From: a virus
Direction: 5' to 3' (one strand)
UHGV virus genome: UHGV-0197549
DNA length: 64,000 bases
This document shows, piece by piece, positions 30,501 to 39,784 of this stretch. The notes beneath the pieces were generated by a model, which ran no database searches, was not told where the DNA came from, and saw only the letters and a program-made list of their open reading frames with translations. Made by a program: the position numbers and the translations under genes. Within the stretch, counting starts at the first letter, position 1, and each line of letters starts with the position of its first letter.

Positions 30501-32486
30501 ACACTGAGTGCCGACAGGATAGCCGCCGGCAGCATCACTTCCACGAAACTGGACGCGGCAAGCATCAAAGCCAATATCATCAATACCGGCTATATAAACG
30601 GATTAACCTGTACGTTTGTACGGGGAACCATCGGCGGGTGGACGATTAATTCTACACAGATATATAAGAACAGTGTCTATCTGGGTTCGGACGGTTCCAT
30701 CACGAACTCTACGAAATGGAAATTAAATAATGACGGTTCGGGACAGGTGGCAAACGGAAACATCAGTTGGAACGCCGCGGGAGCCGTAACTTTCGCTTCC
30801 TCCGTGTCCCTGAACTGGACCAATGCAGCAACGAATGCCTTGAACTCCGCAAAGAGTTACGCCGATACCAAGAAAACGGAAGCCGTCAATGCAGCGGCTT
30901 CTGATGCGACAGCCAAAACCAATGCCGCCAAGGAACTGGCTCTGGCCATGGCTTTCGGCAAGATGATGTACCGTGACCCGGAGTTTCGGAATGACAATAA
31001 CAGTATCACCGTATATAACACCAATAGCAACGGTACGGTAACGATTGCCCGGACGGGGCTTTCCAGTGCACCCAATGACAGCAAGACGGTACTGGAGATC
31101 AAAACGGCCGGCAGCGCGACACCGGGTATAGGCGGCTTTTGCTTTGCCACTCCCTGTTCCAACCGAAAAGTGTTTATCGTCAGGATTATAGCCAAAATAC
31201 CTGTGGGAAGGAATATCCAGTGGACAAGCAATGCCATCGGCGCTTCGGGCAGCAGCAAATGGCTGACACCGAACGCCGGCACAGGAGACTGGGCGGAGTA
31301 CATATACAAGGTGACGTGCGGTACTTCGGGCTTCTCTTCGACGAACTTCTTCTATCTGGACGGCGCGCAGGGAACCGCGGCGGCTCCCGTCATCTGGCAT
31401 GTCGCCTACGCAACCGTGTTCGACACGACTTCTTCCGAAAGGTATACCACCACCATTGACGCCAACGGCATTTATACCGGCACGGTACGGGCGGGTCAGG
31501 TGCTCGTTGACAGCGCGCTGGTAGTGGGCGGCAGCACGTATAACGGCAGCATCTCGGTAAGGGATGCGGGCAACAATGTGAAGGCGACGCTCGACCGCAC
31601 GGGCATAACGGCTGTTGCCGGGAAGATCGGGGGCTGGAATATCATCTCCGGCGCCATCTATGCCTGCGCGCCCGCCGGTGGACACCGGGTATACATCACT
31701 TCCAGCGGATACATTTACAACGATGACGGCACACAGGACTACTGGGGGCTACGGGCGGACGGCTCGGCGACGTTCGGCTATGGGAAGATACTGTTCGACA
31801 ATGACGGCTCGGGATATGTGGCGAACCAAAATATTAAATGGGACGCGAAAGGCAACGTGGAAATCAAGGGCAACATCACCGCCAATTCAGGACTGATCGC
31901 CGGCTTCACCATTAGTGGCAACAAGCTCATCAATACGGCAGCGGATTCTTCCATCGAGTTCTCATCCATGATGGGAAACGCTTCCATGACCATCAACTCA
32001 TACAGTTCCCTGCTCTCCCTACGTGCCGATTCGGCACGAACGGGCATTGCTATCCAGACCTATGCCACGGGAGCCGTCGGGCTCTCTATTATCGCCAACG
32101 CCGGTTCTAATTATGCCATTGAATCATACGGGCCGGTGCAGTTCGGACAGCGTGCCGGCGAACGGTGGTGCGTGCCGGGTGTCCTGTACATCGGCTGCAA
32201 GTACAATAGCGGTAACAATTCGAATTTCAGCAAAATATGGGGTGAAGGATGCAATGTCACGTCCTGTTACCACATGGGAAATGCCCAATATAAATTCTAT
32301 CATAATCTGGGGCATACGAACTATACCGTATTCGCGCAAGGCTGCCAGAATACAAGATATTACGGTTTCTTCCGGTTGCTGGAAAGGGCATCCTCCTACT
32401 TTGTCATCCAGAATGTGGGAAGTAACGGCGGGCCTGACGGCTCTCCTTTCGACTTCGTTATCTACGGCAGGAACAAATGGTCTTGA
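27519..32486 (+). CDS. long tail fibre protein with three copies of a ~140-aa repeat module and two CBM-like domains
   Basis: 1655 aa. The repeated block GIYTGTL(S/T)A..VNAV.INA..I.AGT..A.RI.......WTINSTQI(F/Y)KNSVYLG.DGSITNSTKWK.NNDGSG..ANGNISWNAAGAVTF.S.VSLNWT(D/N)A occurs at about aa 310-450, 620-765 and 965-1105. Confidence 0.6.
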   Translation: MEKQLIARGQATILVQKDSYTIHQSVGEYIFPANNNGSLSQAVTFSSTIKVTLGDDNLTNFTIGAVTRPAGFSAITVNNTNKTVSYSVAAGTTTMADSGLVTIPVTIAGQTYTITFSYAKAKTGAAGVDSNMLDWVSDWNSAKTVIGSQSVITPKLFAGTKNANGTITGIAIGKFPLSTVNASGAVATETINGIYGFKDGYKTFAIDTTGSVLLGKGNQFIRYNPANGKIEFGSEVTLNWVNAINTAKTEAINSAAATAQAKADAAKKGAVDAVRNDIADAKKAGTDAKAVADAITNKANTEGWATKLTYIGSTGIYTGTLSANTVNAVRINASQISAGTIDAARINVAALKTSLITAGNIEALTLNVTKGKVGGWSIDADSIYRSTKNNTSGAYTGASGSVCIGSNGIRGFKWRLDATGAGAVAGGNIAWDAAGNVTFGASVTLNWTNAANTAANNGKLFIRGTGLNHSATRYILLNGTKIHESSSRGLVLSVINRSDLKAVSHTHYDVYASDANCNSLATAMNALDSTKIVILTSYDAIRINATLSAAIQRCGGSDYMVTDARTPYALIGIPGIGRNMGLTSIYGLEATAPFAEISTVIVNGIPQGVNADGKLKTYLSGNGIYTGTLTAAQVNAVAINAGSITAGTLSADRIGAKAITAAKIAAGTITATEINVSSIQASVVTATAVNGLTCTFNKGTIAGWTINSTQIFKNSVYLGADGSITNSTKWKFNNDGSGQIANGNISWNAAGAVTFSSAVSLNWTDAIEKIQIGGNNLLNNSGDWRTAGWNGGYTTNGGGYTIDSSVLFKGRPTLKTDAGNGVVHSSWIKLENNAEYTYSAMVRCNKTITGNGNTPLHYWAGKDNNSQSKITVLKYDTSVVANTWKRIYVVFKLNSDGDSFRPFLYRGSNESTFYNVAYFKLERGNRPTDWSQSDGDANKLSIDAQNAANAIIAALGGSGYPKMTKISSTGIYTGTLTAAQVNAVAINAGSINAGTLSADRIAAGSITSTKLDAASIKANIINTGYINGLTCTFVRGTIGGWTINSTQIYKNSVYLGSDGSITNSTKWKLNNDGSGQVANGNISWNAAGAVTFASSVSLNWTNAATNALNSAKSYADTKKTEAVNAAASDATAKTNAAKELALAMAFGKMMYRDPEFRNDNNSITVYNTNSNGTVTIARTGLSSAPNDSKTVLEIKTAGSATPGIGGFCFATPCSNRKVFIVRIIAKIPVGRNIQWTSNAIGASGSSKWLTPNAGTGDWAEYIYKVTCGTSGFSSTNFFYLDGAQGTAAAPVIWHVAYATVFDTTSSERYTTTIDANGIYTGTVRAGQVLVDSALVVGGSTYNGSISVRDAGNNVKATLDRTGITAVAGKIGGWNIISGAIYACAPAGGHRVYITSSGYIYNDDGTQDYWGLRADGSATFGYGKILFDNDGSGYVANQNIKWDAKGNVEIKGNITANSGLIAGFTISGNKLINTAADSSIEFSSMMGNASMTINSYSSLLSLRADSARTGIAIQTYATGAVGLSIIANAGSNYAIESYGPVQFGQRAGERWCVPGVLYIGCKYNSGNNSNFSKIWGEGCNVTSCYHMGNAQYKFYHNLGHTNYTVFAQGCQNTRYYGFFRLLERASSYFVIQNVGSNGGPDGSPFDFVIYGRNKWS

Positions 32487-32523
32487 CCTTTACTTACCTT
32501 TTTTGCCTTCAAGAGTCCTATTC

Positions 32524-32835
32524 ATGGAAAATGGCTTATCTATGGAAATAAAAAACATCGTTGTAACCAAAAGCATGACGGCCCTGACAGCCAACGCTTA
32601 CTACCAGTTGGAAACGAGCGCGTCCAACGGAATCCTGAACCGTATCTCCGCCAATGTGCTGACTCCCGCATCCGCCCAGGGACAGGAAGAGTATCTGGGC
32701 AATATCAGTTATGAGAACCATAACCTCTCCTGTAGCTTCCTCTCGGTGGAGGACGTATCGGCGTACTTCAAGGACTTTGAAGGGTTCATGGCGGAGATCG
32801 GAGCACAGCAGGAACAGGAAAAGCAAAGCAAGTGA
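32524..32835 (+). CDS. small hypothetical protein (possible fibre assembly factor)
   Basis: 103-aa ORF immediately after the fibre gene. The track's longer 32023 start overlaps the fibre gene and was discounted. Confidence 0.25.
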   Translation: MENGLSMEIKNIVVTKSMTALTANAYYQLETSASNGILNRISANVLTPASAQGQEEYLGNISYENHNLSCSFLSVEDVSAYFKDFEGFMAEIGAQQEQEKQSK

Positions 32836-32898
32836 CAACATCTCCGGCTTACTTTCCCTATTCCTTGAGAAACAACTTAAAGAACAACAATCAAATTT

Positions 32899-33234
32899 AT
32901 GGAATTACTAATCAAAGACCGGCTTTACATTCCGGCATTCCTTCCCAAAGAAGGCAGTTTCAAAGACTTCAACACGAAGAAAAGCATCCTCAGCAAGATT
33001 GAGATCACACAGGATGAACGTGAAGCCGTAGGGCTCAAAGAAAACGCGGAAACCAAACGCATCGAATGGGACGTGGAAAAAGACACCCCGCTGGTAGTGG
33101 ACTTCTCAGCCGACGAGATGCAGTACCTGAAAACATCCTGTGAGAAAATCTCCGACCAGAGCCTTCCGGATGATATGTGGCAGACGGTTGAAAAGCTGTA
33201 TAATGCGATTCAGGAACCGGAAAAAGAATCATAG
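32899..33234 (+). CDS. hypothetical protein
   Basis: 111-aa acidic ORF. A terminator follows. Confidence 0.3.
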   Translation: MELLIKDRLYIPAFLPKEGSFKDFNTKKSILSKIEITQDEREAVGLKENAETKRIEWDVEKDTPLVVDFSADEMQYLKTSCEKISDQSLPDDMWQTVEKLYNAIQEPEKES

Positions 33235-33267
33235 GAATCATTTGTAGCATAAGATTTTGATAACCCG

Positions 33268-33318
33268 AAAAGGATGTCCACCACCAAAAGGGCGTCCTTT
33301 TCTTTTTTAATTAGCTAT
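33268..33318 (+). terminator. rho-independent terminator
   Basis: AAAAGGATGTCC / GGGCGTCCTTTT 12-bp stem with two G-U pairs and an ACCACCAAAA loop, followed by CTTTTTT. Confidence 0.4.
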
Positions 33319-33988
33319 GGCAAGACAAGACATCAATATGGACGCCTCCTGCGGGGAGGTGAACCTGGCGGATAACCTGACGGACAAGCGCATTTATCCT
33401 TTTGAATATTTAGGAACGGATACGGGCAGATACGCCTACGGAGAAATCCGCGTGCCCGGTAACTTCGAGAGCCGGTACAACGACCAAGACGGCATCCGGG
33501 TGCATATCCCGTATATCCCACAGTACAAGGAGCTGAAAATCCGTTTCTCCCTGGAAAAAGGGGACGGAAACGAATCCTACCTGAGAAACCGCAACGACAA
33601 CAGTATATGGTTTACGGTACTTTCTCCCGATTTGGGAACAGTCTATCTCTCAGCCTTCCGCACAGTCAATGAAACGAATCACTTCAACTTGATCCTGCAT
33701 GAGGGAAAACTGTTACTGTACAGCGCCAACGAAACGGATTTTATCATCAAACCCTCGCTGGAACAAACGAAGGTATTCCTTCTCAAAGCCGCTGCCGGGA
33801 ACCTCTACCAGCATCCGACCACGGGTGTAGGACTAATCAGATACTTGCACGGGAACTTTGAGAACTCGAACCTGCCGGGCAAGTTGCAACAGGAGTTTGA
33901 GGCGGACGGGATGATTATAAAAAATGCCTATATGGACTCTGAAACAGGGGAACTATTACTGGATGTGGATGAAAAACAAACGGACTAA
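33317..33988 (+). CDS. baseplate/tail structural protein
   Basis: 223-aa ORF. Confidence 0.3.
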   Translation: MARQDINMDASCGEVNLADNLTDKRIYPFEYLGTDTGRYAYGEIRVPGNFESRYNDQDGIRVHIPYIPQYKELKIRFSLEKGDGNESYLRNRNDNSIWFTVLSPDLGTVYLSAFRTVNETNHFNLILHEGKLLLYSANETDFIIKPSLEQTKVFLLKAAAGNLYQHPTTGVGLIRYLHGNFENSNLPGKLQQEFEADGMIIKNAYMDSETGELLLDVDEKQTD

Positions 33989-33997
33989 AGAAATACG

Positions 33998-34948
33998 ATG
34001 GGAAAATACAAAATAACAGCCGGACAGAATATTTATGACGTTGCCATGCACCTGTACGGAAGCATCGAAGGCATCGTGGACTTATTGATAAACAACCCGG
34101 AACTTTCTTTGGATGACACCCTGAAAAGCGGTGAAGAACTGGAGTATACCGACGGCTTTACCATCAGTCCCGATATTGTTGCCTATAACAGGATGTACAG
34201 CCTCCTTCCGGCAAACGGGGAAAGAAACGTCTATCCCAAAGAACCTGCCGGCAAGCGTTTCATGGAGCTGTACATAGACAACAAACAGACAGCCGCTTCG
34301 CTGTTACTAAGCGGCAACGGGACACTGGAAATAGACTGGGGAGACAATATGGAACTGGAAGTGGTGGTGCTGAGTGATGAAACAAAAGAGCTCCGGCACT
34401 ATTTCAATGACAAGATCACGTCCGTCCGCAGAGTGAGTTTCTATGGAGAGGTAAGGTTCAGGATACTGGAAATAAGCCGTTCGCACGCATCATCCGTTTA
34501 CCTGCTCCGTCCGGTCAGTATGGAGAAATTCACCTGTGAAAAGATGGAACTGGACATCTCTTTCCTTTCACTGGCGGAAGATACATACGAGCTTTACTTT
34601 GCCGGATTACAAACGGGCAGCCTTCTATCACTTTTGCCACTGAAAAGGTTAATGAGACTGGATTTAACCGGTTCTAAAGTGAAGCCTTCCGTTCTGGACA
34701 CCTACCTGAAAGCGTTGGTAGCACAACACTACGGCAGACGGAATATGACCGTTCTCCTGTCTACCTCACCGTCGGGCACCTACCGGAAGCCGGAGAAAGA
34801 CAGCAATGGCAACTACCTGATTGCATCGGGCATGGAAGCCGTCTGGATGCTTACCCATGAACCCGCCTGGAACGAGGGTGGCGCATGGATATTTATTATT
34901 AACAACCAAACTTATACCTATGAGCCGGACGATACGGGAAATCTATAA
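33998..34948 (+). CDS. baseplate wedge-like protein
   Basis: 316-aa ORF. Confidence 0.3.
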   Translation: MGKYKITAGQNIYDVAMHLYGSIEGIVDLLINNPELSLDDTLKSGEELEYTDGFTISPDIVAYNRMYSLLPANGERNVYPKEPAGKRFMELYIDNKQTAASLLLSGNGTLEIDWGDNMELEVVVLSDETKELRHYFNDKITSVRRVSFYGEVRFRILEISRSHASSVYLLRPVSMEKFTCEKMELDISFLSLAEDTYELYFAGLQTGSLLSLLPLKRLMRLDLTGSKVKPSVLDTYLKALVAQHYGRRNMTVLLSTSPSGTYRKPEKDSNGNYLIASGMEAVWMLTHEPAWNEGGAWIFIINNQTYTYEPDDTGNL

Positions 34949-35804
34949 CGAAGCCATTACGGAGAGAAACAAGCGGCTGGAACTAAGCGAGTTCTCCAGT
35001 GATTCCAAAATGAGCATCATGAACGGAATTACGTGGACGGTGGCCGCTGCTATCCACAGCTTTGAGACACTTTTGGATGTATTCGCCGTGGACATCTCGA
35101 CAGCCATCAACCTCCGTGTAAACGGAACGCCCACTTTCTATGCCAACGCATTGCTCCAATACCAGAAGGGAGATGAACTCTCGGTAAGGGAAGACGGGCT
35201 GGCGTTCGGTTATGCCAACGTGGACGAGACGAAACGCATCATCACGCAGGTATCCTACATCGAGAGCACGGACGATACCAACCTGGATAGCAAACTGATA
35301 CTGAAAGTGGCTACGGGAGAAAAGGGGCATCTGGAACCGCTGCCCGCCTCGGAGATGGTACCGGTCAATGCCTATATAGGTAAGATGAAGTTCGCCGGGA
35401 CGCGTATCGAGGTCATCAGCCGGGAAGGGGACGTGCTTATTCCCCGCATCACCGTCTACTATGACGGTGCCATACCCGAGAGCGAAATCTATGACAAGAT
35501 TGAAGAGAAGCTGAACAAGTATATCATGGGGATGCCTTTTGACTCATCCGTCTATGTTTCCTCGGTTATTGAAGCTGTCCGCAGTGCCGAGCATGTGACG
35601 GACGTATATATCGACGAGCGGGCAACACCCGAACAGGGAATCTTTATCGCCTCTTATGACGCGGACGGAAACCTGTTGCCACCCGGAAAAGTGCATCGCA
35701 TCACCAAAACATCGTCCGGCTTTATGAAACAGTCGTCCGCCACGGGCAAGGAACAGGAACTGCCAACATTCCGGCAGGCAATCAGGCTAATCGTTGAAGG
35801 ATGA
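34922..35804 (+). CDS. baseplate J-like protein (putative)
   Basis: About 294 aa from the internal ATG (the track ORF starts at 34821 and overlaps upstream). Weak resemblance to the Baseplate_J family, plus position. Confidence 0.3.
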
Positions 35805-36358
35805 AAGAGAACCGTTATAAACTACCGACCGACAAGCTGGTGAACAGGCTGGTGCCTTATTACCTCTCAGGCAGGAAATACATTCTTTTCCTGCAAAGCC
35901 TGGTGTATCCCCTGCACTCCCTGAGTGAGAAATTCCGTGCCTTTGCGGCAGAGAAACACATCGAAGCACGCATGACCTCACAGGTGATGTACTTCGAGTG
36001 GCACCTGAACCATAAGTTCGCCCGGTATCTGAAAAACAGCGGAGAAAGGCTCGTGATTTCACAGAGCGACTCACTGGGAGTGGACATCTACCGCGAAGAT
36101 GCCGCATACGGCAAGCCCTTTACTATTTGGTACAACCTCGAAGAAGTGACGCCGGACGTGAAGCCCGAAGAGAAGCCCCGCGAGTTTCACTTCCTGGCGG
36201 AAGAGAAGGCGATCAACCGGGTCAGCTTCATGGTGCTCGTCCCTGAAATAAACATCCCTGAGAAAGAGTTCGTCTATATGCTCTCCTTTGTTATCAACAC
36301 CTATAAAGTGGCAGGCAAGACCTACCTGATAAAAATAGACCAAACTGAAAACACCTAA
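35801..36358 (+). CDS. hypothetical tail protein
   Basis: 185-aa ORF with a 4-nt overlap. Confidence 0.3.
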   Translation: MKENRYKLPTDKLVNRLVPYYLSGRKYILFLQSLVYPLHSLSEKFRAFAAEKHIEARMTSQVMYFEWHLNHKFARYLKNSGERLVISQSDSLGVDIYREDAAYGKPFTIWYNLEEVTPDVKPEEKPREFHFLAEEKAINRVSFMVLVPEINIPEKEFVYMLSFVINTYKVAGKTYLIKIDQTENT

Positions 36359-36375
36359 CCAATTAACCTGATACT

Positions 36376-38928
36376 ATGAAAGAATACGTTGCAGACACGG
36401 GCGGAAGATATACCTACGTGGATGACATCCTGAACCTGCAAGAGCTTGCCCTTTCCATGACGGCGATCTTCAACGCCTGCGAGGACTTTATCATCTCGGG
36501 CTGCGAGATAACGGGCAATGCCATCTCGTCCGGCTATGTTTGGATCAACGGTAAAGTCCGTCACTTTGAAGGATGCCCTTCAGCCGCTTTCCCTTATTAT
36601 ATCTATGAGAAGAACGGCACCGACACGGTGGTGTATGCCGGGGACGTGAACAAGAAAGGACGGGAAAACTACCTGTGCGCAGGCAGTAGCGTCCTTCCTT
36701 CCGTAAAGGACACCCTGACGGGTAAAGTACCCTGCCTTATTGAAATCACCAAAACCTACGCGCCCCGCTTCCTGGATAAGTTCTTCGGGCATTACGCCGT
36801 CCTGCTGGATACACCCTTTTCCAAACAGACCATCAAGAAAGAGCTGGTTGTCACCGGGAAGCTGACGACCGAACAAGGTCTGGAATCCAAGACCGCCGTA
36901 TCCGTTGTTTCCCCTTCGGGATATTCCCTCAAAGGGTTGGTCAAACAAAACGGGACGGCTTCCTTCGGCTCTTACCTGAACGGCTTGCTCATCAGTGAGA
37001 TTTGCATTTCGACCGACGGCAGCGTTTCATTCCTAAAGGGTAAAAACGAACTGGCACGGATAGATGAAAACGGCATGACCTATACCCATGCCTCTTGTAC
37101 CAGTTCACGCACCGGCTCGTTGCTGATTGAAAAGAACTCCATCATTAATGTCGCGGATACTACGGACGAAGGTTCGGTAGACATCAATACCGTCCGCCTG
37201 AACGAGGAAACGAGTACCTTCCGTGACTTCCGGGTGTTTGACGGCAAACAGGCAGCCATTCCCTTGCTTCATGTCAAAGGAAAGACGAAAGAAGTATGTG
37301 TCAGCGGGACTTTTACCGTGGCGGGCAAATCCATTACCATCGCTTCCGCAGAATCAAAAACATTATCTTATACGGATGACGAAGGCGTGGAAACAGCATC
37401 CATCGGATTCATTTCAAGCCAAAGCACAGACTTTTCCCTTATCAATGCCATCGGAAACATTGAACTTTCCCCTAAAGAATCCGTAAACATTGCCGGAGAC
37501 TTAAAAGTGAACGGCACCAGCCTGAAAGACATCTATGTCAGTCAAAAGAGTTTTACGGATGCATTGGCAGGGAAAGTAAATACTGTGAAGGGCAAACAGC
37601 TCTCCACCGAAGACTTTACCACGAATTACAGGAAGAAACTGGATGCCATTTCCACCGGTGAAATCCAGACCGGGGGCGAAGGATTTGTTACCGCTACTCA
37701 GGTAAAAGAGGCGCTGGCAAAGAAACTGACGGCTTCCTCCAACCTTTCCGATGTACCCGACAAAAAGATAGCACGCACTTCACTGGACATCTATTCCCGG
37801 GAGGAAACAGGCTCCCTGTTCCTGAAAGTATCCGGCAACCTGCAAGAACTCGTGTCCCTAACCGCCGACGAAGTAAACGACCTTACGGCGGAAGAAGCGG
37901 CAGCCCTGAAAGCCCGGAAGCAAGCGGCAGTCCGTGACAACCTGGATGCGGAGAAGAAAGGGACCGGAGCCTTGAAACTGGCAAAAGCAAGCAACCTTTC
38001 CGACCTGTCCGATAAGGCATCCGCCCGAAAGAACATCAGCGTCTATTCAACGGCAGAGGTAGACAAACTGCTTGCCGGGAAGCTGGATACAGACTATGCC
38101 TACACCGGCGTAGTCTTTACCGAAACCATGAAGCAAAAGCTGGAAGGAATCAAGACAGGCAGCTTCGCCTACATAGACAATGACGATGTATCACACGCGG
38201 AAGTGGAAGGCTATGTGCTTCTTTCCCATGTCAGGAAAGAGCTGGCAAAGAAAGCCGACCGCTTGCTTGCCGGATATACGGAGGAAGAGAAGAAAAGCGT
38301 TGCCGCCAATATCAATGTTTACTCCAAGACAGAAACAGATACGAAGTACGCGGGCATCGCCCGTCTCTTTCAGGATTACATTGATTACCTTGTCGCCCAG
38401 GGAAAGAAAGCCGCCGACGCGCAGAAGATGCTCCGGGACAAGCTGGATGTACTCTCGAAAGCCGATGTCAGCGGTACTTACCTGAGAAAGGACGGCAAAC
38501 TATCCGACCTATCACTACCTGATACGGCTGCCAGGAAACAGGCATGTAACGCACTGGGAGCCGCTTACGCCCCGGAATACCAGACAAAGATTGCAGACAC
38601 GGGGTGGATGCAAATGGCGAACTCCGGCAACGGAACAGACACCAGCCGGCTGTTCGTACGTCAGATCGGAAATATCGTATCCATACAGGGCGTCATCAAT
38701 ACGGCCCGGCGGGACGGCAGCAACATGGGAGGAACGGTCGCCGTGCTTCCGAACGGGATTTCCGCACCCCGTTACGGAGTAAGGACAACACTCTGCGACT
38801 GGAACGACGACGCAAAGTACAATAGGGGTACTACCTTTATCCTGAGTGGCGGAAGCCGGAACATCCGGATATTTGAAAGCGGATGGTACAATGTGAACAC
38901 CGACATGAACTTTACATACATGGTATAA
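36376..38928 (+). CDS. second tail fibre protein with short phage-fibre repeats
   Basis: 850 aa with recurring SNLSD..DK..AR..(L/I)..YS..E motifs (3 copies). Coiled/beta-rich. Confidence 0.5.
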   Translation: MKEYVADTGGRYTYVDDILNLQELALSMTAIFNACEDFIISGCEITGNAISSGYVWINGKVRHFEGCPSAAFPYYIYEKNGTDTVVYAGDVNKKGRENYLCAGSSVLPSVKDTLTGKVPCLIEITKTYAPRFLDKFFGHYAVLLDTPFSKQTIKKELVVTGKLTTEQGLESKTAVSVVSPSGYSLKGLVKQNGTASFGSYLNGLLISEICISTDGSVSFLKGKNELARIDENGMTYTHASCTSSRTGSLLIEKNSIINVADTTDEGSVDINTVRLNEETSTFRDFRVFDGKQAAIPLLHVKGKTKEVCVSGTFTVAGKSITIASAESKTLSYTDDEGVETASIGFISSQSTDFSLINAIGNIELSPKESVNIAGDLKVNGTSLKDIYVSQKSFTDALAGKVNTVKGKQLSTEDFTTNYRKKLDAISTGEIQTGGEGFVTATQVKEALAKKLTASSNLSDVPDKKIARTSLDIYSREETGSLFLKVSGNLQELVSLTADEVNDLTAEEAAALKARKQAAVRDNLDAEKKGTGALKLAKASNLSDLSDKASARKNISVYSTAEVDKLLAGKLDTDYAYTGVVFTETMKQKLEGIKTGSFAYIDNDDVSHAEVEGYVLLSHVRKELAKKADRLLAGYTEEEKKSVAANINVYSKTETDTKYAGIARLFQDYIDYLVAQGKKAADAQKMLRDKLDVLSKADVSGTYLRKDGKLSDLSLPDTAARKQACNALGAAYAPEYQTKIADTGWMQMANSGNGTDTSRLFVRQIGNIVSIQGVINTARRDGSNMGGTVAVLPNGISAPRYGVRTTLCDWNDDAKYNRGTTFILSGGSRNIRIFESGWYNVNTDMNFTYMV

Positions 38929-38946
38929 CTAATAGCATAACTAATT

Positions 38947-39162
38947 ATGAAGAAAATCAATATCCAAAAGGATCTGGACAGCCGCCGGGAAATCTCCCGG
39001 ATGGCATACCGTCCCCAAAGCGTGAGAGCAACCGAAGTAGAACCAACCACCCAGCAAACCAATGACCAGAGCGAAGAGAAAATACGGCAGCCGGCAGACG
39101 AAATTCGTACCGGCACGGGAAAAAAGGGCGTTCGCCGACGGGCGCCCCAAGGGAACCCGTAA
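38947..39162 (+). CDS. small hypothetical protein
   Basis: 71-aa ORF. It overlaps the next ORF in another frame and contains a GGGAAAAAAG slippery run. Confidence 0.2.
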   Translation: MKKINIQKDLDSRREISRMAYRPQSVRATEVEPTTQQTNDQSEEKIRQPADEIRTGTGKKGVRRRAPQGNP

Positions 39163-39541
39163 GAAGTTCCCCTTCGAACAGACGCCGCTGGGGTTCCTGC
39201 TTAAATATGAGATGCCCGTCGTATATGACATCCTGCAAGACAAGTACAAGGACCCCAGGCGTTTCCACCCCGCAGCCGAGGTAGTGGAACTGGTGTGCAG
39301 GGCATCCGGGGACCCCACCTACAAGAAGCCCAAATTCCGGCGCTGCATGAACGCGTACATCGCCGACGGGCTTTGCTGCAAAAGGGGCAAGGTTCTCACA
39401 CCCGGTCGGAAGGTGTATTACGAGTCGGTGCGCAGGAAGAAGATGGAGGCGTTCATTGCGGGAAACCGGAAGAAAATAAAGATTCTGGGAGAACAGGTTT
39501 TTAATAATGTATTTAAAAAAGATTCGGCAAGTGATACCTAA
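39062..39541 (+). CDS. basic hypothetical protein
   Basis: 159 aa, Lys/Arg-rich. The start is uncertain. Confidence 0.25.
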   Translation: MTRAKRKYGSRQTKFVPAREKRAFADGRPKGTRKKFPFEQTPLGFLLKYEMPVVYDILQDKYKDPRRFHPAAEVVELVCRASGDPTYKKPKFRRCMNAYIADGLCCKRGKVLTPGRKVYYESVRRKKMEAFIAGNRKKIKILGEQVFNNVFKKDSASDT

Positions 39542-39784
39542 AAATATATGGTTCAACGGGTTGTATTCCATATTTGAAAATTTATTTAAACATACTTGGA
39601 GCGTAAGGAATAACCTGTTATCTTTGCCGGAAATTAATTGATTGCCGGGTAATTCCGGGCGGAAGAATTACTTCACTTTCCCCGTTACCCACCATATTGT
39701 AAATTGAGATGCGGCATGTCTATGAACCGAAGCAGCCAGGCATCATGTTCCGATTCTTCGGTCTTTTTCCAAAAAAATGCTTTT

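Noticed and set aside
28440-30830. Repeated ~420-nt segments in the fibre gene, considered as possible CRISPR-like or DGR template/variable repeats.
   Set aside because: The repeats are in-frame protein-domain duplications diverged at synonymous sites, not short identical direct repeats with spacers. No reverse transcriptase or adenine-specific mismatch pattern is present in the window.
38947-39162. A -1 frameshift at GGGAAAAAAG producing a fusion with the downstream ORF.
   Set aside because: The downstream ORF is in the +1 frame, not -1. The -1 frame gives only a short featureless extension.
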